A DNA stretch of 64,000 bases from Octopus vulgaris (taxonomy: Eukaryota). The notes below the pieces were generated by a model. It worked only from the letters and a program-made list of their open reading frames with translations, did no database searches and had not been told where the DNA came from. The stretch covers positions 60,326,001-60,390,000 of the forward strand of contig OX597832.1 of assembly GCA_951406725.2 (NCBI GenBank), written 5' to 3'. A program made the position numbers and the translations under genes. Positions 15,990 to 29,136 of this stretch are shown piece by piece (position 1 is the first letter of the stretch; each line of letters begins with the position of its first letter).

Positions 15990-17767
15990 ATTTCTGCGGT
16001 TGTTTGTCAATGCGGTGTCAATGCGGTCCAACCGTCTGACAACTATCAACTGGATTTCTCGAATGTGTCAGTGTGGACCTGGTCAAACCTCACTGGGTCA
16101 TCCAGATCGTATCTAGATTGGGTATTCTGTAGAGTAGCAGATAAAGATAGCATAGGTTGTCCACAGTTTAAAGTAATCGACTACACAGACCACAAATTCG
16201 TGATCTGTACAGACGACCTAGATAGACTTCATAGACAGGGACCCGGTTACTGGAAGCTGAATACGTAGTTGCCGGCACGTAATGATTTCAAAGATAGGAT
16301 TAGGGAACTAGTTAAGATGACATTGACGGGGCCAATAATCAACATGAAATGATGGTTCGCCTTGAAAAGGGTAATTAGAATATAATCGATATGGTTAGCA
16401 AAGGACTAGCCGTAAAGGCAAGGCTAGTCAAAAATTTAAACGAGGCTTTTAGAAAAGGCATCGCGACCGACCAGCCAGATTGGCACTCGACCAGTTCTTC
16501 AATGCGAAACACGAAGTTTGCGTTGTTAGAATTAAGGCACGAGCACTTAGACACAACAGGACGAAAACCGTTTAATGGGCCCGAGTGGCGGAGGTGTGAC
16601 AATAGATTCACGATCTCATCCTTGCCGTATCACGACAGTCAAACTGACCCGAGACAGATTTGTGCGGCCCTTCAGCGGCGCTTCGTTTAACTGTTCGGGA
16701 GCAGCGGTGAACCAGGTCACAGGATGGATTTCACGTCCTAACTCTACAGATTGCCGCAGCTCTCGGCGACGGAGGCAGAGCACTGCGAAAGGTCAATAAA
16801 TAGCCTTTGAAATACAGGAAGCAACAGCTAGCTGCACGAGGGGTAAATCGCCTGGTTTGGATGGTCTGCTCTACGAGCTTTACGCTTAGATGCCAGACTT
16901 GTTAGGCGACCTCTTAGCAAACATTTACTGCAACTGGCAAAAGAATGGGAGAATTCCCAGTTTTGTGAGCCGAAGGGAGGTGGCGTTGCTGAAAAAAGAC
17001 CTGAAGAAGGGGGACTGTATTGACAACTTTAAGCCCGTAACTCTGCTGAACGTAGTGCGACGACGTTCTTGGCGTCAACTGAGCATGTCTGAGATGCGCG
17101 TGAGACGACGAGACGATCCTGCATGCACTCGTCCAGTGCCCGAGCGTTGTTGACTCATGGGTTTATGTCGATTATCTGCTGTCGCGTGTGGGACGGATAC
17201 GGCTGTCGACTGAAGCCATCGTAAAGATCGTCCCGTCGCCTTTCTTTAACCGAGAAGGAAAAGCTGTGTTTACATGTTTGGTGGCCATGGCGAAAGAAGT
17301 TGTGTGGTGGACGAGATTGAAGGGGCTGAAGACACTTTTCTCTTTGGCCAATCCCTGATAAATTTCTTCAAGTTTCACTTGAACAGGATAATAAGGGCAG
17401 AGAGGGAAGTATTGTCTTTTAACCAGTTTGCTGAAATGTGGATGAAAGTTATGAGAACGGTGGATATGAACGAGTCTACCCTGAGCATACGCCTGTAGTT
17501 GAAAAAAAAAGAGAAAGAACGAAAAAGAAAAAAGGTACCTGCCACAAAAGTCAGGGTACCCATCTATGATTTTTTATGGAGTTTTTCCATGAGCAGCCCT
17601 CGAGGGTCTCCTCCCTATTGAGAACCACACGTTGATGTTTTAAAATTTTGTTGATCTTCTTTACACGCAAAACCCTCACAGCATCAGACATTCACATACA
17701 TTCTTTGTTTTGTCCTATAATGTCCATAATGTTTTTCTTAATGTAAACCCTTGTGGTTAATAAAGAA

Positions 17768-17768
<1 letters not shown>
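15990..17768 (+). mobile_element. Tx1/L1-clade LINE remnant with internal deletion (APE endonuclease end, RT N-terminus, zf-RVT, 3' UTR)
   Basis: YLDWVFCR..TDHKFV..GPGYWKLNT; KSPGLDGL; LLKKDLKKGDCIDNFKPVTLLN; abrupt jump near 17055 to the C-terminus; ends CCCTTGTGGTTAATAAAGAAATC followed by (ATC)n. Confidence 0.88.
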
Positions 17769-18200
<432 letters not shown>

Positions 18201-18505
18201 TTTTAGGGCTTGACTTTTGCTTTGTATTTATAGAAGTTGACGCCAAGTCTCACCTCAAGAGACAAGAAATTAGAAGTTCAAGTTGGTGTTATGCCTAGGG
18301 TGCCATATATTTGGGTTTGTACATAGTATTATTCTAGAGAATGTTTAAGAAAACATAAGAAAATTATAAGATTGTTACAAAATTTGAGATTACATAGACA
18401 GTATTTTACGTAGGATATGAGAGTTCCCACAAGCACTATTTTTTGAATTTCGGCCATTTTTGATTTCCTAATATCTGAGCTAAGTAGCAATCAGCCACTT
18501 TTACT
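18201..18505 (-). mobile_element. RLE-type (Dong/R4-like) LINE 3' end
   Basis: Frameshifted ..MAEIQKIVLVGT/HILRKILSM* followed by a UTR and an (AAT)n tail. Confidence 0.7.
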
Positions 18506-18910
18506 CATTCTTATTATTCTTGTTATTGTTGTTGTTGTTATTATTATTATTATTGTTATTATTATCATTTGTTTTTCTTTCAATTTTGTTTCCATTTCTT
18601 GCTAAGTGTCTTCTCGATACCTAGAGCAAAAGAAAGCTAACTGTATATTTATCTCACACTGAACACGTCTCTTACTATCTTTCTTACTAAAGTCGCATCA
18701 CGTCGATTACAATACAGTTTCTTCCTCTTATCTGCGACTACAATACCTGATGTGTTGTGTTCGATTATTCCTTTGGCTTGTGTAGTTAAAACCCTCAGCA
18801 ACCTCACTCCATCATTTCTATTCTCATAAAATGTTCATAGCTACTTTCTGCACATGAAAAACCAAATGACAGGCAATGATTCCAGTCAATTATTACAGTT
18901 ACCTTCTCAT

Positions 18911-19320
18911 AGGTGCAGGAATGGCTGTGTGGTAAATTGCTTGCTTACCAACCACATGGTTCCGGGTTCAGTCCTACTACCTGGCACCTTGGACAAGTGT
19001 CTTCTGCTATAGCCTCGGGCCGATCAAAGCCTTGTGAGTAGACGGAATTGGTAGACGGAAACTGAAAGAAGACCATCGATATATGTATATATGTATGTGT
19101 ATGTGTTTGTGTGCCTGTGTTTGTCTCCCCCGACATCGCTTGACAACTGATGCTGGTGTGTTTACGTCCCCGTAACTTAGCAGTTCGGCAAAAGAGACCA
19201 ATAGAATAAGTACTAGGCTTATAAAGAATAAGTCCTTGGGTCGATTTGCTCGACAAAACGCGGTACTCCAGTTTGACCGCAGTCAAATGATTGAAATAAG
19301 TAAAAGAGTAAAAGAGTATA
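18911..19320 (+). mobile_element. Family B SINE, full length
   Basis: Homologous end to end to 6147-6594. Confidence 0.88.
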
Positions 19321-20026
19321 CCTACTGTCAGGTCAGGTCTGTTGTATGCAGCATCAGATCCTACTACTGGTAAACTGTAAACCAGTACAACCTGTGTCAG
19401 TCGGGTAGAAAGGGCTCCTTAGCCGTAGTGAAGGCAATCTATCTAGGGAGATAACCTTACAATAAATCACTCGGCCCGTAGCTTAGAAATACTGGGTTGA
19501 CGTCCAGCGGGAACAGCTTTGTTTCATGGAGGAGGAAAGATCTTCTTTAGTACTTGGTTGTACAATGTTTTCCAATGTGTGTAGTAGTGGCGCGCGCACA
19601 CATTATTAGCCATTTGAAAAGACTATGGAATTTAGTCTCGACCACGGTCGAACAATGATGATGATGATACCCACACATTTTATACTCATTTTGAACTAAC
19701 TATGGACATCCCATTACAGTGTAAACTATAGTCCCATTTGAATCATCGCACATTCAACATATGAGTAAACAGTCTTGCTCGTCTATTATTCTTTTCGTAT
19801 GCTTTACTCTTAGGAATTGTTTCTGCGCCACTAATATCAACATTCTTCAATATTCCTTTCTGTAAATAGATTTATCCGTCCTTGTCATTTCTGACCTTTT
19901 GAAAGGGGGAAAAAAAAACACTGAATGAAGAAATTTTCCTCCGGCATTTCATTTTCTGTTCCTAAATTTTCTTGTTTTCTCTTTTCGGGTTCTACAAATT
20001 TTGTAAATAAAGTAATGATGGCATAT

Positions 20027-20322
20027 CACGTGACCGACCAGACCATCAGATGTTGTTACACATCGCTGGTCACAATGCGTTCGCATTGTTTTAGCCTTCG
20101 AATGACGCCACCCCGCTGGCTAAGCGAGCAGGCCAACAGAAGAAAGAGTGGGAGAAAGAGTGGTGAAAGAGTACAGCAGGGATCATCACCCCCTGCCGGA
20201 GCCTCGTGGAGCTTTTAGGTGTTTTCGCTCAATAAACACACACAACGCCCAGTCTGGGAATCGAAACCGCGATCCTGCGACCGCGAGTCCGCTGCCCTAA
20301 CCACTAGGCCATTGCGCCTCCA
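20027..20322 (-). mobile_element. Family A SINE, young copy with 13-bp TSD
   Basis: A-box TGGCCTAGTGG, B-box GTTTCGATTCC; TSD AATGATGGCATAT at 20014-20026 and 20324-20336. Confidence 0.9.
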
Positions 20323-20554
20323 CAATGATGGCATATACGATGCACACTCCCTCACTTGACAAAAATGTCTCAAAAAATCACCCCGGATTCTATATGGCAA
20401 GTTGAACCCGTATTACATGCTTCAATGCGCTAAGAACTTCTTTTCCTGATTATGTGCTGCTGACAGTGGGATGCGCCTAATGCGCCTGTGCATCTTATAC
20501 GTCATCAAATACGTCAGTTCTTCATCTAACACCTCTGTATCTTGTATCTCTCAT

Positions 20555-20761
20555 TTCCTATTTGTTTCAAACATTAGACTGCGGTCGTGCTGATGCAAAG
20601 CTTTGAAGAATTTTTGGTCGAAAGGATCGACCCCACTACTTATCATTTTAAAGTTTTGTACTCATTCTACAGGTCTCTTTTCTCGAAACGCAAAGTTGCG
20701 GGGACATAAACACACCAACACCGGTTGTCAAGCGGTGGTGGCGGCAAACATATACACACGT

Positions 20762-20824
<63 letters not shown>

Positions 20825-20888
20825 TGTGTATATATGTCTGTGTATATATATGTGTATATATGTATGTGCATGTGTATATATATATATA

Positions 20889-20945
<57 letters not shown>

Positions 20946-20962
20946 ATGCATGTATGTATGTG

Positions 20963-21031
<69 letters not shown>

Positions 21032-21172
21032 GTCGTGCTTCTTTCAGTTTTCATCAACCAAATCCACTCACAATGCTACGATAGAAGACTCTTGCCCAAG
21101 GCGCCACGCAACGAGACTGAACCCGAAACCATGTGGTTGGGACGCAAACTTCTTGCCACACAGCCACGCTAG
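20555..21172 (-). mobile_element. Family B SINE with expanded internal microsatellite, diverged
   Basis: Tail and head homology on either side of a TA/TG array. Confidence 0.75.
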
Positions 21173-21837
21173 TGCCTTTAAAAAGTTTTTCCAAGATGGA
21201 AACTCACAATTATCTTCTTTAGCGCTACGACTACTTCGGCAATTCATTAACCCTTTTCCTCCTCCTGACCCTCTCCAATATAACCAGTCCACATCAGCCA
21301 ACAAGAGGCACACACACTTCTGTACCTTACGGACTGCTTTCTCCTTTCCCTTTTCCTTATCCCTTAGATTACCCTACCTCCATTCATTAATTCCTGTTCC
21401 ATACGTTATTAATGATATTGCCCTCAAGTTGATTGATTTTATGATATCATTTCTTGCATTCAATTTAGATTTTAAAATCTTCATTCAAAGAAAATATTCT
21501 TTAATATAAAATTCCTTCATTCCTACTCTTTTCATTTGATTACTATCCAATATACGTAGCTATTCCAGTGTTTCTTCAACATTTAATCATTTATTTTCCC
21601 ACCCTCACCTTGGTCTATTCCAGTACATTTTTATCTATTTCCTTCGTTTCATCGTCACCCTAACGCATCTCCTAATTCCATATATCATCTCAATGTCGTT
21701 ACTAAATATTCGTAGTTTACACTAAGGACTCCAACTGCTGCTTAGCTTTTCTATAAAGCCTTAAATCAACCATAAACAGCTTATTTCATGTCCCCTATTC
21801 CTTGTTTCTTTACCATTATTATCATTGTTATAAATAC

Positions 21838-22057
21838 AAAGCGGCAAGCTAGCAGAATCGTTATCACGCCGGATGAAAAAAGTCAGCGGCATTTCGTCCG
21901 TCGTTAAGCTCTGAGAGCAAATTCCGCCGATCTCGAATTTACTTTTCATCCTTGCTGTCAATAAAGTAAGTACCAGTTAAATACTAGGGTCGATGAAACC
22001 GGCTAGCTCCTCCCGCCAAAATTAGAGACTTTGTGCCTACAGCTAGAAGGATTATTA
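21838..22057 (+). mobile_element. Family C SINE (alternative tail ending GGATTATTA), diverged
   Basis: GGCAAGCTAGCAGAATCGTTA head, TTTTCATCCT core, TTGTGCCTACAGCTAGAAGGATTATTA tail. Confidence 0.7.
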
Positions 22058-22140
22058 CGGTTCGAGCCTACGCACTTCCACAGAAAGGATTAAGAAGGAA
22101 AAAAATGGAGAGAGATTACTGGTTCAACATACAACGTGTG

Positions 22141-22173
<33 letters not shown>

Positions 22174-22474
22174 ATGCATGTGTGTGTGTGTGTTTGCGTG
22201 CGTGTGTGTGAGTGAATACATGTGCGTTAGTGCTTGCTGCATACGCGTGTCGGCGCGTGCGTATTTAGGATGCATGTATGGGTGTGTTCGTATGGATGAT
22301 TGGGGAATGTATGTACATTACTGTATTTATATGCGTACGTATGAATGTATGCATGTTTGTCTGGAAGAACATGTACGCGAGTTTGCATGTGTGTGTATGT
22401 GTGCACATGTACGCGCGGTGCACATATACATATTCGTGTTATTGGTATTGTATGTGTTAAGATGGTATATCTAA

Positions 22475-23060
22475 ATTGTCGACGACCAGTAGTTTGAAAT
22501 TCACCATGAGGGTGTTCCTCTGAAGGCAGCAATAAGATAGTTCATATTTCCTGTTGATATATACTTCATGTTAATGGAGTTTTTCATGGAGGCAGAAATG
22601 GTAATTGCAGACTCCAGGTGAGTAAGGTGGAGCACTGTCAATGATGGTCCATTCGATGTTGGGGTTTGCATTCCGGTAGTCACGAAGTTTCCAGAGGTAG
22701 CGAGACAAAGAGATAAAATTCTCTCTATCCCAGAATATTAGCGAATACATATGCTGCGTGTACTTTCCCTTGCAGTCATTAGCCATCATTCGTATTGTAA
22801 GTTATGTCGCCAGTGGAGGGAGTGATGGTGTCTCTGTAAACTACAGCCCTTGAGAGGAAGTATCCCCGTAGAGGGAAGCTGGTAGAACCTCAGAAATTGC
22901 AGTTTGGGGTTGGAACTTTTGCTACTGGATGTTTGCGTCTGGTGTAACACGCAATGTTCGAAGCAATGCTCTCTAAGCAGCAGCAGCTCACCTTGACCTT
23001 ATGTGATTTGAAAAGCTTATAATACTTATCACCCTTGGGGTAAATGCTTCCTGTCCTTGA
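22475..23060 (-). mobile_element. Penelope-like element remnant (thumb/linker and GIY-YIG endonuclease C-terminus)
   Basis: KLFKSHKVKVS..; CNF*GSTSFPLRGYFLSRAVVYR (decayed CNC..CPL.G.CL..VVY); LSRYLWKLRDY/NIEWTIIDSAPPYSPGVCNYHFCLHEKLH. Confidence 0.75.
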
Positions 23061-23547
23061 TTAAGAAGCGTCTTGAAGCACCTTCTGAATTCTATGGGAA
23101 TTAACAATTATGAGTGAATCGCCGTTCTCAAACTGAATTAAAATTGTCCGCATTTATTTTGAGCAAAAGTGAAATTCTGTGGTTGCATTGTTTGGGGTAA
23201 TAAAAAATCCGGACAAGGCCAGGTGCTGATATAGTTAAAATTGCTAAAGGGTGCTACACAGATTTCAATGAAAACTATGACAAGGTTATGATTTTTATGG
23301 GAGATTTTTGATAACAAATAAATCGTTCTCATTTTTGTTGAAGGAATTCATGTTTTTTATTTTTCAGATTCAATGAAAAATATTATACACACACGTGTGT
23401 GTGTGTGTGTATGTGTGTGTGTGCGTGTGTATACCCGACGGTTAAGCCTATCGTCATGTTGGAATACTTTGTTTGGAGAGGAAGGTTTTGAATGATTTCA
23501 GGGACTTGTGTGGAATGTGGAGGACACTTCATGGGAAGGGGACGGGG

Positions 23548-23688
23548 AGAAGAAGAAGAAGAAGAAGAAGAAGAAGAAGAAGAAGAAGAAGAAGAAGAAG
23601 AAGAAGAAGAAGAAGAAGAAGAAGAAGAAGAAGAAGAAGAAGAAGAAGAAGAAGAAGAAGAAGAAGAAGAAGAAGAAGAAGAAGAAGA
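23548..23688. repeat. Pure (GAA)n, ~46 units
   Basis: Direct tandem run. Confidence 0.97.
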
Positions 23689-24400
23689 GCAGCAACAACA
23701 ACAATAACAGCAACAACAACGACGACGATGACGACTGCAGCAAATGAAGAAGAATGGAAAAATGAAGTGTAAAGAAATATTTTTTCCGTTTCTTGAAATG
23801 GGTCACCATTTTTTTCCAAAAAGGGAAAGGATTGTAGTTTTCCCCAACAGCAAAATACACGACAGAATTCCAATAAAAATAGGGCCTTTTGTTCGCTAAA
23901 TCTGTCTTACATTCTTTTCTGTTATCTTCTTTTTTATTCATATAAAAACCATATTACCGCTAGGTGTTGTAAAGTGCCGCAGCTTTCTTTGCGTATCGTC
24001 TTGAAATTAGTTGAAGGGGATTTATTTATTTATTTCCAAGAAAAGTGTTGGGGCGGTTTTTTGCAGGTTTTGCCTTTGAGATGATTTGAAGGCTAGCATT
24101 GTAAAACAGAGAAGTTCGATATGAAAGGATGTAGAACAACCAGAATGAAAAAAACCAGTAGCAGTTCGTACACCACCTTAGCCATCTTTCACGGTCTTAT
24201 TCAACCGAGCTGTTTGTAGATGCAGGAAAATTCTATAATTCACGAAGAAACAGTGACATTACTAACTGAATGAGTGTTTTGCTGACTTTCAAGTGCTAGG
24301 CTCAATTCCATCTTTGATGAATATTGGCCGTGATAGACTGATAGGCGTCCTGGTCAGGTGACATCTGATATTTGTCTATCAATAGTTAGACATTATGAAA

Positions 24401-25246
24401 CTCTTTTACTCTTTTAATTGTTTCAGTCATTTGACTGCTGTGGCCATGCTCGAGCACCGCCTTTAGCCGAGCAAATCGACCCCAGGACTTATTTTTTGTA
24501 AGCCTAGTACTTATTGTATCGGTCTCTTTTGCCGAACCGCTAAGTTACGGGGACGTATATATGTATGGGTATGTTTGTTCCCCCAACATCACTTGACAAC
24601 CGATGCTGGTGTGTTTACGTCCCCGTAACTTAGCGGTTCGGCAAAAGAGACCGATACAATAAGTACTAGGCTTACAAAAAATAAGTCCTGGGGTCGATTT
24701 GCTCGGCTAAAGGCGGTGCTCCAGCATGGCCACAGCAGTCGAATGACTGAAACAATTATATATATATATATATCAATAATAACAACGGGTAAAATTAATT
24801 AATTAATTAGTAATTAACAATTTTACCAAGTAGTGTTCAGCATGTTAAAAGGACCAGCTACGGTAAACTTAAACATTACTTTATATAATTATGAGTATAA
24901 TTATGATTAGAGTTCAGCAAAAAAATTTGCCTTGCTACATACCGAACTTTTAGAAATAGCAACCAAAAACTTAACTATTTCTTCGACTATAAGAAGAATC
25001 TCCCAGACAGTGTGTACTCAAAAACAATTCACGTAGGCATAGAGGAAAAAATAACGAAAATTCATATATATATACACATATACGACGGGCTTCTTTCCGT
25101 TTCCGTCTACCAAATCCACTCACAAGGCTTTAGTCGGCCCGAGGCTATAGTAGAAGACACTTACCCAAGGTGACACGCAGTGGAACTGAACCCGAAACCA
25201 TGTGGTTGGCAAGCAAGCTACTTACCACGCAACCACTTCTACGCCT
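24401..25246 (-). mobile_element. Rearranged family B SINE: tail, inverted duplicate (24557-24757), foreign insert (24775-25065), head
   Basis: Arms 24416-24556 and 24616-24757 are reverse complements; the SINE head resumes near 25075. Confidence 0.85.
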
Positions 25247-25258
25247 GAAATGTGTGAC

Positions 25259-25376
25259 GCTTACAGCACCTAGGTTTCCCAAGCGGTCACCCATCTAAGT
25301 ACTAACTAGGCTCGACGTTGCTTAACTTCGGTGATGGGACGAGAACCGGTGCTTTCAACGTGATATGGCCTAAATA
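25259..25376 (-). pseudogene. 5S rRNA: 5S rRNA pseudogene (dispersed copy)
   Basis: GGCCATATCACGTTGAAAGCACCGGTTCTCGTCCCATCACCGAAGTTAAGCAACGTCGAGCCTAGTTAGTACTTAGATGGGTGACCGCTTGGGAAACCTAGGTGCTGTAAGC. Internal control region is recognisable; the first 6 nt are diverged and there is no oligo-T terminator. Confidence 0.92.
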
Positions 25377-25494
25377 CAAGCACCGAACAAGTAAATTGAT
25401 AAAGATCTGTGGAAGAAACGTTCAGGCTTCAAGAAATGCTGCTTAGCATTTAGACTGATGCATTAACGATTCTTCCAGTTTCCTGACTTCTAAT

Positions 25495-25690
25495 AATCCT
25501 TTCTTCTCTTGGCATAAGACCTGAAATTTGTAGGGAAATTAGTACATGAATTGTACTTATTTTATCGACCCCGAAAGGATAAAAAGCAAAGTCGACTTCG
25601 GCGGAATTTGAACTCAGAACGTAAAGCCGGACAAAATGCCGCTTAGCATTTTGTCCGGTGCGCTAATGATTCTGCTAACTCGCCGCTTTC
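25495..25690 (-). mobile_element. Family C SINE (alternative tail)
   Basis: TTTATCGACCCCGAAAGGATAAAAAGCAAAGTCGAC core and GAGTTCAAATTC B-box. Confidence 0.78.
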
Positions 25691-25705
25691 GACCGCCGTG
25701 TAATA

Positions 25706-25809
<104 letters not shown>

Positions 25810-25826
25810 TGATGATGATAATAATA

Positions 25827-25890
<64 letters not shown>

Positions 25891-25913
25891 TGATAATGAT
25901 AATGATGATGATG

Positions 25914-25983
<70 letters not shown>

Positions 25984-26155
25984 TAATAATAATATTTTAG
26001 GCGTGAGGTCACAAATTTGATGGGACGAGTTTAGTAAATTTTCCAATTTGGCCACACGGGCAAGTATTTATTAGAGAGAGAGATGTATAGTCGATTAAAT
26101 TTACCCCCGATACTTGACCAGCAGGGAAACCAGATTCAAACAGCTCATACACTCC

Positions 26156-26531
26156 TTTAAAACTAAAAGTTTAAGCTGTTCCTCAACTTATCCCAATAAA
26201 TGAGAAGAAAATTGAAGGTTAGTTGAATTAACGGCATCAAAATTATCTGTAGCATCGTGAAAAATAAAGCATAAACTCAAATACATCAAAGAAATACAAG
26301 ACTATACTTCACTCAGCACTTCAGTATGTTGAACAAAAACACCGAAATACTGTTAACTTGTAGGCATATGAACAAATTCATCTTGAAAAATTTCAATTGA
26401 ATACTTAGTAACAGTCCGTACTATTATCTGCCCATCTGTACAGATCATTGGCCAAAATGTACATCTAGCCTTCGATTTTCTTCAGATGTATTGGGATAAG
26501 ATCAGGAATAGCTTAAATTTTTAGTTTTAAA
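26156..26531. mobile_element. MITE-like element with ~70-bp imperfect terminal inverted repeats
   Basis: TTTAAAACTAAAAGTTTAAGCTGTTCCTCAACTTATCCCAATA.. matches the reverse complement of 26460-26531. Confidence 0.7.
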
Positions 26532-26544
26532 TATATATATATAT

Positions 26545-26762
26545 ACGGAGATGTACATGCATAGCAAGTGATCTGATCTGAGATCGTGTGCTGGAACGAA
26601 AACAATTGCAGCGTGGAAGGTGTTTATAAGCCATTTAAGAAACACACAAAAACCGTTAGATTCACTTCAACATTTAAATATAATTTGTCAAAATATTTCC
26701 GTCGCTTTGAGACCATGACCTGTTCACTGACAAAATGGAGCACGGAATTTTGTCAGTGAACA
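26545..26762 (-). mobile_element. Short repeat in (TA)n with a variant hammerhead-like fold and a terminal 16-bp inversion
   Basis: tttgtca-GTGAACA-ggtc..gac-GGAA-atat-tt-tgacaaa; inverted TGTTCACTGACAAAAT/ATTTTGTCAGTGAACA. Confidence 0.45.
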
Positions 26763-26815
26763 TATATATATAGTACTAATAAAATTGGAGATGGAATATG
26801 TAATGGACTTTATTG

Positions 26816-26856
26816 GGTAAAACATGTTTCGGCCCGTTCTGGGTCTCTTCAGGTAC
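26816..26856 (-). ncRNA. Minimal type-I hammerhead-like motif
   Basis: gtac-CTGAAGA-gaccc agaac gggcc-GAAAC-AT-GTT-ttac, palindromic ACATGT stem III, AATAAA downstream; one mismatch each in stems I and II. Confidence 0.55.
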
Positions 26857-26862
26857 ACACAC

Positions 26863-26927
<65 letters not shown>

Positions 26928-27114
26928 GTATGTTTGTATATATATATATATATATATATATACGCTATACGCGCTGATAGACAAATGACTATTTCGAAGA
27001 AAGCAGCATTTGGAAAAGATAGAAAACTATTGTAAATCTATTCTAGGAGGCAACAGAAGATGACTTTTTATTGCGGTTCCATCAGGTGATTCCTCAAAGT
27101 TGATGCTGCTGCTG

Positions 27115-27249
27115 CTACTACTACTACTACTACTTCTAATATTACCAATACACAAACCACTACCACCAACACTATAACTACTAGTGTCATCAGGACGATT
27201 ACGAACACTTTTAATGATAGTACTACTACCACCAACACGGCTGGTAGTA

Positions 27250-27288
<39 letters not shown>

Positions 27289-27458
27289 TAATTTTTCTAT
27301 TCCACTTATTACTGCAACTGCTACTACTACTACTACTACTACTTCTAATATTACCAATACACAAACCACTACCACCAACACTATAACTACTAGTGTCATC
27401 AGGACGATTACGAACACTTTTAATGATAGTACTACTACCACCAACACGGCTGGTAGTA

Positions 27459-27497
<39 letters not shown>

Positions 27498-27668
27498 TAA
27501 TTTTTTCTATTCCACTTATTACTGCAACTGCTACTACTACTACTACTACTACTTCTAATATTACCAATACACAAACCACTACCACCAACACTATAACTAC
27601 TAGTGTCATCAGGACGATTACGAACACTTTTAATGATAGTACTACTACCACCAACACGGCTGGTAGTA

Positions 27669-27707
<39 letters not shown>

Positions 27708-27755
27708 TAATTTTTTCTATTCCACTTATTACTGCAACTGCTACTACTACTACTA
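27115..27755. repeat. Three near-identical 209-210 bp tandem units inside a trinucleotide region
   Basis: CTTCTAATATTACC at 27133, 27342 and 27552. Confidence 0.92.
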
Positions 27756-27854
27756 CTGCTGCTGCTGCGACCACCACTTCCACCAATACCAACACCATCA
27801 CCACAACAACTACTACTACTGGTTCTACTGCTGCCACCACCACTACCTCCACCT

Positions 27855-27887
<33 letters not shown>

Positions 27888-28005
27888 GTAGTAGTAGTAG
27901 CACTACTACTACTACTACTACTACTAGTAGTAGTAGTAGTGCTGCTGCTGCTGTTACTCCTGCCACCATTACTACCTCCACTACCACCACCACCACCATC
28001 GCTAT

Positions 28006-28084
<79 letters not shown>

Positions 28085-28690
28085 ACTGCTACTGCTGCCG
28101 CCTTCCTTTCCACCAGCCATCCATGTTCAGACATCCATGTATATGTTATTCTCTCTTTTATATTTTGCCACTACTTCGAACTCCCACACAGAAGCTACTC
28201 CTTACTGAATTCCTTTTGACGCGGCCACTAGCATCTACTTTCTGCATCACGATTGGTCTGTTTTACCACAACCAAAAACCACCACCACCGCCACAACCGC
28301 CACCACCACTACAACAACAGCCACCTATACTACCACCACCACCAAAACCTCCATTACCCCCACTACCACCATCACCGTCACTTTAAATACCTCTTCTACC
28401 ACAACCAATACTATTACTGCCACGTCTATAACCACCACTATACCACCACCACCACATCACTAATATTATAACCATCCTATCACCATAGCAACCATAATAC
28501 AACCAACACCAACACCACCACTACCACCTCCTATACTATTAGCTGTACCATTCATCTCTTCCAAAAGAAACACAACTACTACCGCTACCATCTCTTCTAC
28601 CACAACCAATACCACCATCACCACAATCTGTACCACCACTATAAAAACTATACTCTCACCACAACCAGCACCACGACAATGACCTTCATA

Positions 28691-28741
<51 letters not shown>

Positions 28742-28751
28742 GCTACTGCTG

Positions 28752-28783
<32 letters not shown>

Positions 28784-29008
28784 GTTGCTACTACTACTGC
28801 TGCTTCTATTACTACCACTGCGACTTCCACTACCTTTACCACTACCACAACTACTGTTGCTGCTACTACTGTTGCTACTACTACTACTATTACTACTGCT
28901 ACTACTACTTCTACTACTACTATCACTACCACTACTACTGCTATTGTTGCTGCTACTGTTACTGCTGCTACTACTACTGTTACAACTACTACGACAAGGA
29001 CCTTCATA

Positions 29009-29041
<33 letters not shown>

Positions 29042-29088
29042 ACTGTTACTGCTGTTGCTACTACTACTACTGCTACTACTACTACTAT

Positions 29089-29136
<48 letters not shown>

